DNA of 64,000 nucleotides, from assembly GCF_006345805.1 (NCBI RefSeq), contig NC_043015.1, forward strand, positions 49,352,001 to 49,416,000, read 5' to 3'. The translations under genes were made by a program, and so were the position numbers. Below are positions 28,008 through 40,846 of this stretch, in pieces (the first letter of the stretch is position 1; every line of letters starts with the position of its first letter). Under the pieces are notes generated by a model. That model was not told the DNA's origin, did no database searches, and saw only the letters and a list, made by a program, of their open reading frames with translations. The stretch is from Octopus sinensis (taxonomy: Eukaryota).

Positions 28008-28463
28008 GGTGCAGGAGTGGCTGTGTGGTAAGAAGCTTGCTTCCCAACCACATGGTTCTGGGTTCACTCCCACTGCATAGCACCTTGGGCAAGTGTTTTC
28101 TGCTATAACCTCGGGTCAACCAAAACCTTGTGAGTGGATTTGGTAGATGGAAACTGCAAGAAGCCCATTATATATATATGCATGTGTGTGTGCATATATA
28201 TATATGTGTGCATATATATATGTGTGTGTATATATATGTATATATATATATATGTATGTATGTGTGTCTGTGTTTGTCTTCCCACCATTGCTTGACAACC
28301 GATGTTGGTGTGTTTATGTCCCCTTAACTTAGCAGTTTGGCAAAAGACACCGGCAGAATAAGTACTAGGTTTATAAAGAATAAGTCCTGGGGTCAATTTG
28401 CTCAACTAAATGATGCAGTGCTCCAGCATGGCAGCAGTCAAATGACTGAAACAAGTAAAAGAA
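28008..28463 (+). mobile_element. SINE family A (CpG-decayed)
   Basis: Full length; other copies at 29655-30002(-), 37378-37735(+), 39515-39925(-). Confidence 0.88.
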
Positions 28464-28525
<62 letters not shown>

Positions 28526-28526
28526 A

Positions 28527-28564
<38 letters not shown>

Positions 28565-28576
28565 TGTATATATGTA

Positions 28577-28630
<54 letters not shown>

Positions 28631-28650
<20 letters not shown>

Positions 28651-28829
28651 CACAGTATCAACCAGGCCATCAGTTGCTATCGTACACCACTGCTCACAAT
28701 GTAATTTTTTCAAGACTTATACACGCCCTGATACCGTCGGTATTGACATATCAAATTTGAGCGCAATCAGATGGAGGATGACCGAGATCCTAGAAGACAC
28801 ACAGACAGAACGGATTTTATATAATAGAT
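28631..28829 (+). mobile_element. HINE-like fragment
   Basis: Ends ACAGACAGAACGGATTTTATATAATAGAT, like the 34323 element. Confidence 0.45.
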
Positions 28830-29867
28830 GTAGTGTATACTTGTGTGAGTCTGTGTGTCAATCAACATAAAGCTGTGTTGATGTCCATCTCTTCCATACC
28901 ACAAGATAAAACGTAAGCCATTCAATGAATAAAGAATGATAGAATATGTACCAAGCTAAAATGATTGTTGAGGATTGGTATGACTGAAACCTTTAAGGAA
29001 AATGCTGCAGTATGGCCATAGCCACACCACAACAACTGAAACCAGAAAAAAAAAAAATACCCACAGAGTGGAATATTAGAATAATTCTCTTCCATCAATT
29101 CCCCTGACTTAATTAGGCAGTTTTCTTTGTTTAATTAATTGATTAATTAATCAATGTTTTTACAACGGATCCATTCCTTAATTGCTAACACATTTAGTGG
29201 TATCTCATTTAGTGATAATAATATAATATATTAATTAGTTCCAGCAACAAGGCACCTGACATCACAACGTGTAGAATCGGCTGCTGCTACTGCTGCTGCT
29301 GCTGCTGTTATTTCTGAGAAAATGGTATCTGCAAACACTGGAACCTGCATCACACTTCAGACAAAAAGGCAAATCCAGAATTGTAAAGAGCTGGGTTAAA
29401 ATGCCAGATGTACAACCAATATCTGCCAGTTAACACCATAGCTTAGTTTTTCTTTGGGGCTGGCCATATCGGAGCGATATCGAGGATTAATCAGCCGAAA
29501 TTGCTAAGATGATCCGGTTCCCGACTGAAGATTAGAGGCTTCGAATGACCCGTCTGTTTTTTTTGTGCCGTCTCTTTGTGTGTTTTTGCGTTCTTGTCCC
29601 ATTTTGTAATTTATATTTAATTTCTATACATATATATATATATGTATATATGTTCTTTTATGCTTTTACTTGTTTCAGTCATTTGACAGTGGCCATGCTG
29701 GAGCACTGCCTTTTAGTCGAACAAACTGACCTCAGGACTTATTCTTTGTAAGCCTAGTACTTATTCTATCGGTCTCTTTTTGCTGAACCACTAACTTACA
29801 GGGGTGTAAAAACACCAGCATCGGTTGTCAAGCAATGGTGGGGGGACAAATACAAACACACACACAG

Positions 29868-29928
<61 letters not shown>

Positions 29929-30400
29929 AGACAGCTTCTTTCAGTTTCCATCAACCAAATCCACTCACAAAGTTTTGGTTGGCCTGAGGCTATAGTAGAA
30001 GAGTCTTGCATGGATCAGATGAACTTTACCGAGGAAGATTTTCTATGGCCAGATGCCTTTCCCATTGCTAACCTTCACATTTCTGAACACAGTAACCCCA
30101 TGGCCAAACATTTTATTGCAGAATATTGGAGATAAATTACACTGCTTGTATGACAGTGACACTCCTTTACAATTACCACACGATGTCAAAACAAGGACAC
30201 CACCCTCGCCACACACACACACAAGATGGATTTCTTTCAGTTTCCATCAACCAAGTTTTGGTTGGTTCGGGGCTATAATAGAAGGTGCCACACAGTGGGA
30301 TTGACCCCAGAACCATGTGGTTGGGAAGCAAACTTCTTACCACACAGCCATATCTGTGCCTAATACACACAACCAATACACCCCACCCCCACCTCCCACA

Positions 30401-30909
30401 TGTGTGTATAAAATTGGTTATATCTGAAAGAAGAGGGATAAACAACATTAGTAAACAACTGAATTAAAAAGATTGGTTGTGGAACTAATTCCGAGAAAGA
30501 AAATAAAAAAAAGAAATGAGAAGAATTTACCAAAATTTGGAGAATTTATTCCTCTGGCATTTATGCTATTCTTCAGCTACTTCTCTTATCCAGAATATTC
30601 CGCAGAGATTATCACATGACAACCACCAGAGAGTAGATTGGTTTATCTCTAAGAACGGCTGTCAGAGAATATTTAATTCATCAATTTGTCCCGTTTCCAA
30701 TCAATTTTTTTCTCAATAAATGACCATTATTGTGATCAATGGGATAGTGAAGAAATCTATTCCACAACCTACATCATCACCACTACCACCATCACAATCA
30801 TCATCATCATCGTCATCGTCATCATCATCATCATCATCACCACACCACCACCACCACCACCACCACCACCACCACCACCACCACCACCACCACCACAACC
30901 ACCACCACC

Positions 30910-30941
<32 letters not shown>

Positions 30942-31738
30942 TGACATCACCATCATTTATTTAAGAAACTAATGCTAAATTCATTTTTCCAACAAAACTG
31001 ACCAAAATCAATGGACTATGATTCTATCTTGATGGAATCTTGTGGCTGAAGGTACTGAAACCCCTGGCTTTGAGGGGTCCTTCAAGACGAGTGGGATCAC
31101 CAAAGATAAGGTCTCCCTTGAATAGTTACTTACAACAAAGGGAATTTTGCAGGACTTCTTGTTTCTTAAACAGAAGATGATGGTGGTGGTGGTGGCAATA
31201 GTGGTGGTCATGGAGGCAGTGATGATAGTTGAGGGGGTGGTGATGATGGTGGTGCTGATGGGGGTGGTGATGATGAAGGTAGTGATAATGATGGTGATGA
31301 TAATGATGATGATGACAGTGATGATGATGATGATGATAGCATGGTGGCAAGATATGGCGAGAAGGAATAGAATTCCTCAATGTTCCATTGATTACAATAA
31401 TATTTATGCATCAAGAATAAAAATTGATTGGGGAAGGAACAAACTGATGAGCAAAACATTCTCTGATAGCCATTCTCTAAGATAAACAAATCTATTCTAC
31501 GGTGGTTGTCATGTGATAATCTCTGCAGAATATTCTGGATAAAGCAAGCAGCTGAAGAATAGCATGGATGTCAGGGGAATAAATTCTCTCCAAATTTTGG
31601 TAAATTCTTCATTTCCTCTTTTTTCTCTTTCTTTCTTTCTTAGAATTAGTTCTACTGCCAGTCTTTGTAGACCATTAACCAAACAGTTGTTAACTAATTG
31701 GCTCCAGTTGTTACAGATATAATGAATTTTTTATACAT

Positions 31739-31742
<4 letters not shown>
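30401..31742. repeat. Large imperfect inverted repeat (~370-bp unique arms plus mirrored CAT/GAT tracts)
   Basis: 30401-30765 aligns with the reverse complement of 31360-31740. Confidence 0.85.
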
Positions 31743-31774
<32 letters not shown>

Positions 31775-31879
31775 CATCATCATCATCATCATCATCGTCG
31801 TTTAACGGACGTTAAACGACGATGATGATGATGATGATGATGATATATACACATACATACATATATACATACAATAACT

Positions 31880-33000
31880 GCTAACTCTGCTTAAGAATAG
31901 ACTGGGCAAAATTCAGAAAGCTCTTGCTTGTGCTGTGACAAAGGGCCTCTCACTCAGAGTAAAAGGTAGACTGTATGATACATGTGTACGAAGAGCCATG
32001 CTACATGGCAGTGAAACATGGGCCATGACTGCTGAAGACATGCGTAAGCTCACAAGGAATGAAGCCAGTATGAACCGATGGATGTGTAATGTCAGTGTGC
32101 CTACTCGACAGAGTGTAAGTACCTTGAGAGAAAAGTTGGACCTAAGAAGCATCAGATGTGGTATGCAAGAGAGATGACTGCGCTGGTATGGTCATGTGGC
32201 AAGAATGGATGAGGATTGCTGTGTGAAAAAGTGCCACACCCTAGCGGTTGAAGGAACCTGTGGAAGAGGTAGACTCAGGAAGACCTGGGATGAAGTAGTG
32301 AAGCATGACCTTTGAACATTAGGCCTCACCGAGGCAATGACTAGTGACTGAGACCTTTGGAAATATGCTGTGCTTGAGAAGACCCAGCAAGCCAAGTGAG
32401 ACCATAACCTTGTGGCCTATGCCAGGGGTGTAACCAGCCCTCTTATGCATACCTTTCCTTCATTTGACACTAAACCCTGCTTGCAAAGACCTGTTGAGGC
32501 ATGTGAAATCGAAATTGAAATCAAATTCGATGACTGGCATCCGTGCTAGTGGAGCGCTAAGAGCACCATCCATGTGTGATCGTTGCCAGAGCGGCTAACT
32601 GGCTTCTGTGCTGGTGACATGTAAAAAGCACCATTCAAGCATGGTCGTTACCAGCATCGCCTTACTGGCACTTGTGCCGGTGGCACATGAAAAAACATTT
32701 GAGCGAGGTCATTACCAGTGCTGCTGGACTGGCTCCTGTGCAGGTGGCATGTAAAAAACACCATTTAAGCGTGGTCGTTGCCAGTACCACCCGATTGGCC
32801 CTCGTGCCTGTGGCACATAAAAGCACCCACTACACTCTCGGAGTGGTTGGTGTTAGGAAGGGCATCCAGCTGTAGAAACTCTGCAGATCAGACTGGGCCT
32901 GGTGCAGCAGTCTGGTTCGCCAGTCCTCAGTCAAAATTGTCCAACCCATGCTAGCATGGAAAGCGGACGTTAAACGATGATGATGATGATGATGATGATA
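31880..33000 (+). pseudogene. RTE-clade LINE 3' fragment
   Basis: KGLSLRVKGRLYDTCVRRAMLHGSETW; 3' UTR with ~62-66-bp repeats and (GAT)n tail. Confidence 0.88.
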
Positions 33001-33744
33001 TATATATATATATATATATAGTTTTGCAGGTGTTTGTAGGCTTGCTGGCTGCATGGTAACTTCCCTAATACTGGCATCATGAAAAACAAAGCACCCAGTA
33101 CACCACTGTAAAGTGGTTGGCATTAAGAAGGGCATCCAGCCATAGAAACCTGGTTTTTATAGTTGGATGTTAAATGATAATGATGATGATGAAAGTTTTC
33201 ATTGTGAAGGCTACAGTTGGAGGGTGAGAGTGAGAAGTAGGGAGAAGCAGGAGGTGTTGTTGCTGTTGGTGGTGGTGCTGATGGTGGCAGTGTTGATGGT
33301 GGTGGTGGGAGAGGAAGAAGATGAGTATATATTATGTATGCATGTAAGTATATATGTATGTATGTATGCATGCATGTATTTATGTATGCAAGTATGTATG
33401 CATGCATATATGCATGTATCTATACATACATATATATGTGCATATATGCATGTATGTATCTATGTGTGTGTGTGTTATTGTTTCCTTCCTTTGACATTGC
33501 ATGACAGTTGTAAACGAGTGCCACTGTCATACAAGCGGTATCCTTCATTTCCAATCTTTCATGAAAACATGTCTGGCTATGGGGCAATATCCTCTGACTC
33601 GGAAACAGGCGAGGATTGGTGACAGGAAGGGCATCCAACTGCCCAAAATCCACCTCAACAAATTCAGTCTAACCCATGCAAACATAGAAAACTGGATGTT
33701 AAAACATTGATGACAACAAAGATGAGGAAATAAATAAATAAATA

Positions 33745-33995
33745 GATGCACCCTTTTAAAGCCCAGCCAGGCTCATGGGCCCGGTTTCCCGGTTTCAATG
33801 GCGTATGTGTTCCCCAGCTGGACGGGACGCCAGTCCATTGCAGCATTACTCATTTTTGCCAGCTGAGTGGACTGGAGCAACGTGAAATGAAGTGTTTTGC
33901 TCAAGAACACAACGCGTCGCCTGGTCCAGGAATTGAAACCACAATCTTACAACCATGATGCTGACACCCTAACCACTAAGCCATGCGCCTCCACT
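33745..33995 (-). mobile_element. SINE family D (tRNA-derived)
   Basis: GGCTTAGTGGTTAGGG head, TTCTTGAGCAAAACACTTCATTTCAC core; copies at 2065-2158, 37070-37245, 52820-52985, 53590-53757. Confidence 0.8.
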
Positions 33996-34322
33996 GAGGA
34001 AATAATACTTTGAATAATTTCGGTGATAAAGTCTTCCCTGATGCATTTTATTTCAAGAATCTTACTCTTGGTTTAGTTCTTGACTTTATATTCGTCACAT
34101 GTTTGGCCAGGTGTCGTTAGCCATTCATTACAACAAATTCTCATGATAAACCAGTCGAGTGTGAGAATGTTCATTATCTGTTGGTTTATTCAGTTTTTAA
34201 ACTTGTCATTGACAAATTCTTGCCATGCATCAAATTTCTATTTTGAAAGAAAACAAAGCACAGGAAACTTCACTGACAAACAAGAACTGTTTACCTGTTA
34301 ATAAAGTTGGCTTTTAAAGATG

Positions 34323-34701
34323 ACTAGCAGTATCGCCCGGCGTTGCTCAGGTTTGTAAGGGAAATAGCTATAAAGCATTTTTAGAGAGTTATAGCAAAAA
34401 AATGGAAAAAAAAATGATGGTAAATTTTTTTTTGAGAGTAAAAAAAGGTTGAGTTGCGTCCCCTAGACAGTCTGTGGTTTTTTTTTTTTTATTCTCGACC
34501 CCATGTCGAATTTATCGATTTTTTTCAGAACTGGGGCAACTTTTCAAAATTTTCGCTGCGTTAGTTTTGAATTATGACATTGGGCTATGTGTGTGTCAAG
34601 TTTCATCAGAATCGGTTGAAAGCCATGGTCAGGGTGAGGGTACGAGAAAACAGACACACAGAAACACGCACAGACAAACTGCCGTTTATATAGAGAGAGA
34701 T
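34323..34701 (+). mobile_element. Helentron/HINE-like element
   Basis: ACTAGCAGTATCGCCCGGCGTTGCTC start; CAGAC-type repeats and TATATAGAGAGAGAT end. Confidence 0.65.
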
Positions 34702-34771
34702 GAATAAGAATATCATAGAGTACAAACACTATTAAATTGATACTATTAGGTATAGAGACACTATAGAGTGT

Positions 34772-35140
34772 GTGGAGGTGCAATGGCCCAGTGGTTAGGG
34801 CAGCGGACTCGTGGTCATAGGATCGCGGTTTCGATTCCCAGACCGGGCGTTGTGAGTGTTTATTGAGTGAAAACACCTAAAGCTCCACAAGGCTCCAGCA
34901 GGGGATGGTGGTGATCCCTGCTGTACTCTTTCACCACAACTTTCTCTCACTCTTACTTCCTGTTTCTGTTGTACCTGTATTTCAAAGGGCCGGCCTTGTC
35001 ACTCTCTGTGTCACGCTGAATATCCCCGAGAACTACGTTAAGGGTACACGTGTCTGTGGAGTGCTCAGCCACTTACACGTTAATTTCATGAGCAGGCTGT
35101 TCCGGAACCCTCGTCATCGTAACCGACGGAGTGCTTCCAT
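34772..35140 (+). mobile_element. SINE family C
   Basis: TGGCCCAGTGGTTAGGG and GGTTTCGATTCCC boxes. Confidence 0.8.
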
Positions 35141-35844
35141 CCATCCACAATAGAGTGTACAAACACTAATATCACACAGAAAACAGATAGTAATTATGAT
35201 TACATAGGGTAAAGGGTAAAAGACTCCCCTTTGGTCATGAATGACCATGGGATTGCACCTAGAATCCTCCCCTCTGAGGTACAAGAAGGGTAAGCTTGTT
35301 TTTAATGGAAGACCAGCATTTGCCCACGCATATCAGTCTCTTCTCTTCACATCATTATATGTACATAGGGTAAAGGATAAAACCCCCTTCGTTCATGAAT
35401 TATTTTACCATTTTCTATCTTGACTTTTTTTTCATATATATGTGTGTGTGTGTGTGTGTGTTTGTGTTTGTCCCCCTATCATCACCCAGTACATGTAAGG
35501 TGGTTGGTGTTAGGACGGGGGCATCCAGCTGTAGGAACTGTACCATAGCAGACATTAGAGCACAATGTACTCCTCAGACTTGTCAGATCCTGGCAAACCT
35601 TTCCACCCATGCCAGCCCCATTCAGTCAAAGGGGTCTTATTCCTGCAAGCGGCATGGTGATCTCACTAGTGCTAGTGCAATGAAAAAAAATATTCAGTAC
35701 ACTCTATAAAGTGGTTGGCATTAGGAGAGGTATTCATTCAACCGTAGACACCATGCCAGAAATGAGACATTGGAGCGAGATGTGGTCCTCCAGGTTCTTG
35801 AATAAAGGTAAAGTAGAGTTAAATTCTCAACTGATGCTAACTCA

Positions 35845-36271
35845 TGTAGCGGAACAAGCAGTCAGCGCCATATTGGATGAGATCTTGCGGCAGCCATTGC
35901 CATCTCCGAGACTGGGGCGAGCCCTCACTTGCATCCATTTGCCATGTGCAAGATCACAATGAGGCTTGCGATGGCAAATTGTATATAAGGGCAAAACAGA
36001 TTGAGATTCTCTCTCCTCTTTTGCTGTCTCTCTTTCCACCTCTTAGCAGCAGCGCTTGCTGATCGCACTCCATTGGCTGGGCCTGTCTGTATGTTGTACC
36101 TCCAGAGGCTATGTGCCCGCACTAACGGAGCTACTACACAAGACACACAGCTAAAGATGGTAGCTGAGAGTAGCACACTTCACCTATCCTGTGAAACCGG
36201 TAAATAAACCGGTTGTAAATTGCATTTGCACTTGAAGTCTTCTCTCTTCACCTGCTGGAGCCTGAACTACA
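35845..36271 (+). mobile_element. Probable solo LTR
   Basis: TGTAG...CTACA termini, TATATAA at 35982, AATAAA at 36203; no clear TSD. Confidence 0.55.
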
Positions 36272-38020
36272 TGAAGAACAAAAAGAGATAATGGAGGAAG
36301 GCGATATTCTCCTGATATCGTAAACCTTGTCATCCATTATATTCATTAAGGCCAGAATCTTGTAATAATGAGATTCATTTGTAACAATTTTGCTTGGAAA
36401 CAGGTGAGGACTGGCAAAAGAAACGGCATCCAGCTTTAAAAGAATCTGTGTCAACAAATTCCATCTGACCCATGCAAGCATGGAAAAATGGACGATAAAA
36501 TGATGATGAGTTACAAGAGTACATAACTGTGATGCCCTGAACTGTTGTAAACAAATTCCACAGAGGTCGACTTTGCCTTTTATCCTTTCAGGGTCGATAA
36601 ATTAAGTACCAATTGCGTACTAGGGTCTAATCGACTGACCCCCTCCCCCAAAATTTCAGGCCTTGTGCCTAGAATTGAAAAGAATATTTCTGTTGTGAAA
36701 GGCGACAAGCAGGCAGAAACATTAGCAGTTTCATCGTCATTATCATCATCATCATCATCATCATTTAACGTCCGTTTTCCATGGTAGTATGGGTTGGACG
36801 GTTTTGACTGAGGGCTGGCAACCAGATGGCTGCACCAGGCTCCAGTCTTGATCTGGCAGAGTTTCTACAGCTGGATGCCCTTCCTAACGCCAACCACTCC
36901 GAGAGTGTAGTGGGAGCTTTTTACGTGCCACCTGCACAGGAGCCAGTCAGGCAGTACTGACAATGACCTTGCTCGAATCTTTTTACATGTGCCACCGACA
37001 AAGGTGCCAGTGAAGCGACGTTGGTAACGATCACGCTCGAATGGTGCCCTTTTACGTGCCATCCCCACCTGGACGGGATGTCAGTCTATCATAAGATTAC
37101 TCACTTTTTCCCAGCTGAATGGACTGGGGCAATGTGAAATGAAGTGTTTTTCTCAAGAATACAACGCATTGCCCAGTCCAGGAATCGAAACCACAATCTT
37201 ATGGTCACGATCCCAACACCATAACCACTAAGCCACGTGCCTACACTATGTTGAATCCTGTTTAACTGTCCAACCCATGCCAGCATGGAACAGGAACTTT
37301 AAATGATGATGGTGGTGATAGCTATTTAAGATTACATATTAAAATGTAAGACATTATATATACTAACATTACATATAGGTGCAGGAGCGGCTGTGTGGTA
37401 AGTAGCTTGCTTACCAACTGACATAGCATCTTGGCCAAGTGTCTTCTACTATAGCTTCAGGCTGACTAAAGCCTTGTGAATGGATTTGGTAGATGGAAAC
37501 TCAAAGAAGCCTGTCGTATGTGTGTGTGTGTGTGTGTGTCTGTGTTTGTCCCCCTACCATCACTTGACAACCAATGTTGGTGTGTTTACATCCCTGTAAC
37601 TTAGCGGTTCAGCAAAACAGACCAATAGGGTACGTACTAGGCTTACAGAGAATAAGTCCTGGGGTCAATTTGTTCGACTAAAAGGCATTGCTCCAGCATG
37701 GCCACAGTCAAATGGCTGAAACAAATAAAAGAATAAAAAAAGAAAGAATATATACAAAATTGACTTGTGTGCTGGAAAATATGATAAAGAGTTTTAGTTT
37801 GGCATCAGTCAATTTGGTGCTGGCTTTTCAAATTTCTTCTTTTTTTTTTGTCTTTTAGAATCATGTAATCTCTTTGTCTAAATTTCAGTTTGAAAACAAC
37901 TGGAGTTCTTTTTATTTATTTCCTAACAATAATATCCTTTTATGGTAATCTGTTCAGCATTTTATTATTATCTTAGAATTTCTTCTGTTTTCTTGTTTGA
38001 GAATACACCAAAAACTGAAT

Positions 38021-38695
38021 TCACAACAGAAATATTCTTTTCTACTCTTGCCTGCTTGCCACATTTCACAACAGAAATATTCTTTTCTATTCTATGCACA
38101 AAGCCCGAAATTCTTGGGGAGGAGCCCAGTTAATTAGATAGACCTCAGTATGCAACTGGTACTTAATTTATCGACCCTGAAAGGATGAAAGGCAAAGTCA
38201 ACCTCAGAAGAATTTGAACTCAGAATGTTAAGACAAACGAAATACCACTAAGTATTTTGCCCGGCGTGCTAATGTCTCTGCCTGCTTGTTGCCTTTCACA
38301 ACAGAAATATTCTTTTCTATTCTAGGCACAAGATCTGAAATTTTTGTGGAGGTGGTCAGGCGATTAGATAGACCCTAGTACGCAACTGGTACTTAATTTA
38401 TCGACCTCAAAAGGATGAAAGGTAAAGTTGACCTCGGCGGAATTTGAACTCAGAATGTAAAGACAGACGAAATACTACTAAGTATTTTGACCGGCATGCT
38501 AATGTTTCTGCCAGCTTGCCGCCTTTCACAACAGAAATATTCTTTTCTATTCTAGGCACAAAGCCCGAAATTTTGGGGGAGGGTGTCAGTCGATTAGATA
38601 GACACCAGTATGCAACTGGCACTTAATTTATCGACCCCAAAAGGATGAAAAGCAAAGTCAACTTCAATGGAATTTGTTTACAACAGAAATATTAC
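38021..38695 (-). repeat. Head-to-tail array of SINE B (tail 2), ~230-bp period
   Basis: Spacer TTCACAACAGAAATATT recurs at about 38021, 38065, 38295, 38524 and 38678. Confidence 0.85.
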
Positions 38696-39036
38696 AATAG
38701 TTCAGGGCATCACAGTTATGTACCCTTGTTACTCATCATTATCATTTTAACGTCCACTTTTCCATGCTTGCATGGGTCAGATGGAATTTGCTGACACAGA
38801 TTCTTTTAAAGCTGGATGCCGTTTCTTTTGCCAGTCCTCACCTGTTTCCAAGCAAAATTGTTGTAAATAAATCTCATTATTTCCAAGATTCTGAAAAACC
38901 ATGTCTGGTCATGTGGAAATATTACCTTGTTTGGAAACAGGTGAGGGTTAGCAACAAGAAGGGGCGTATAGCTGTAGAAAATCTGCTTCAGTAAATTTCA
39001 TCTGGCCTATGCAATCATAGAAAAAGGGAATATTAA

Positions 39037-39720
39037 CCCTTTAGCATTCAGATGATTAATCTGTTAAATGTAATGCTTATTACTTTCACTTTAGCAAAGG
39101 TGGAGGTATTGTTTTTAGTAGTGTTTGTTCGTTCATTTGTCCTTAGACAAAATATCTCAAGAACCGCTGGATGGATTCAGATGAAACTCTCAGGGATGTT
39201 TGGCTTCGTGAGTAGCAAAAACTGATTAGATTTTGGGATCAATCCAGTACCGGACAAGGATTCTGGATTATTTTTCCGTTTGTTTTTGCACTTAATTTTT
39301 CAGAGCAGTCAGGATCATTTTTGGTATTCTCGTTTGTGAGGGCAGTCGAGTTTATTTCAGATATTCTCATTTTAAAAATCATCTCCGGCTAATCGTTGAG
39401 AGGACGTTGATGTTGCCTTGGCAGTGGTTTGCACTCTTTGAGTGCTCCTGTTTATTCATATGATTTTGAATTAATCATTACATCATCGTGTAGCTTTGAG
39501 ATTTCGGTAATGTGATATATTCTTTTGTTTATTTCAGTCATTTGACTGCGACCATACTGGAGCGCTGCCTTTAGTCGAACAAATTGACCCTTTGTAAGCC
39601 TAGTACTTATTCTGTCAGTCTCTTTTACCAAACTGCTAAGTTGCAAGGACCTAAACACACCAGCATCAGTTGTCAAGCGATGGTGGGAGGCAAACACAGA
39701 CACACAAACATACACACACT

Positions 39721-39761
<41 letters not shown>

Positions 39762-40037
39762 GATGGGCTTCTTTCAGTTTCCATCTACGAAATCCATTCA
39801 CAAGACTCTGGTCAGCCTTTGGTCAGCCTGGGGCTATAGTAGAAGACACTGGCCCAAGGTGCCACGCTGTGGGACTGAACTCGAAACCATGTGGTTGGTA
39901 AGCAAGCTACTTACCACACAGCCGTTCATTTTAGAATGAAATTATAGGTATATGCATGAGATGCTGGAGCTAACCGATTTGAACATAAAACAGGTAGAAT
40001 ACTGGAATTAGATATGAGCGGTCTAAATGCTAAAGGG
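39037..40037. mobile_element. piggyBac-like MITE (8847 family) split by two nested insertions
   Basis: TTAA|CCCTTTAGCATT ... AATGCTAAAGGG|TTAA; internal pieces match the reverse of 8847-9066. Confidence 0.7.
39080..39452 (+). mobile_element. HINE/DINE-1-like element
   Basis: 5' degenerate sub-terminal palindrome, GGCAGTGGT sub-TIR, 3' GCACTC-TTT-GAGTGC hairpin, TT insertion site. Confidence 0.65.
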
Positions 40038-40531
40038 TTAAAATGATGCCAATGATGATGATGATGATGAGTTGTCTTTGAAGAAGAATTTACAAACAAT
40101 CAGTGATCTTTGCATAGTAGTTTTTTAGCCACAGGCCTGCCCTGTATGAGTAGATAGATCACTTGAAGGTATTACAGTCAGTCATTCCTTATTTTATTTA
40201 GACATCATGCATCTAGGACTACACTTTGCGTTATGCCCTCTCTTTTTCTAAGACAATGGGATGCAATTTGGCTGTTATTTTTAGCACAACGAGCAACTAT
40301 AAATAGGCTTCCATGTTGGCTAGTAAGGTTAAATATTTATATCTAAAAGGCTGTATTCTAAAGGGTAGTCAAAAGAATACGGCCTAGTGTTGCTAAGATT
40401 AAATTCCTCAGTCAAACATATACAAAGATATTTACAAGAATTACACCACAGAGAAGTAAAGCGTGCTTTGCATATAAATTGTTTATATATACACGCACAC
40501 ACACACACGTATGTATATGCATACATGAGTG

Positions 40532-40572
<41 letters not shown>

Positions 40573-40597
40573 CTATATTTACATATATATCTATATT

Positions 40598-40831
40598 AAG
40601 GCGGCGAGCTGGCAGAATCGTTAGCATGCCGGGCGAACTGCTTAGCAGTATTTTGTCTGCCGCTATGTTCTGAGTTCAAATTCTGCGCCGAGATCAACTT
40701 TGCCTTTCATCCTTTCGAGGTTGATTAAATAAGTACCAGTTACGCACTGGGGTCGATATAATCGATTTAATCCATTTGTCTGTCCTTGTTTGTCCTCTCT
40801 GTGTTTAGCCCCTTGTGGGTAGTAAAGAAAT
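40598..40831 (+). mobile_element. SINE family B
   Basis: Full length. Confidence 0.9.
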
Positions 40832-40846
40832 TTATATATCTATCTA

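Noticed and set aside
29240-29400. Poly-Ala ORF TRHLTSQRVESAAATAAAAAVISEK
   Set aside because: (GCT)n tract in a short frame with no recognisable domain
29440-29560. Possible further hammerhead (GGCTG..CAGCC-GAAA; CTGAAGA)
   Set aside because: Core elements are not in a foldable order
38021-38695. Regularly spaced direct repeats suggestive of CRISPR
   Set aside because: The spacers are near-identical SINE copies; eukaryotic context with no cas genes
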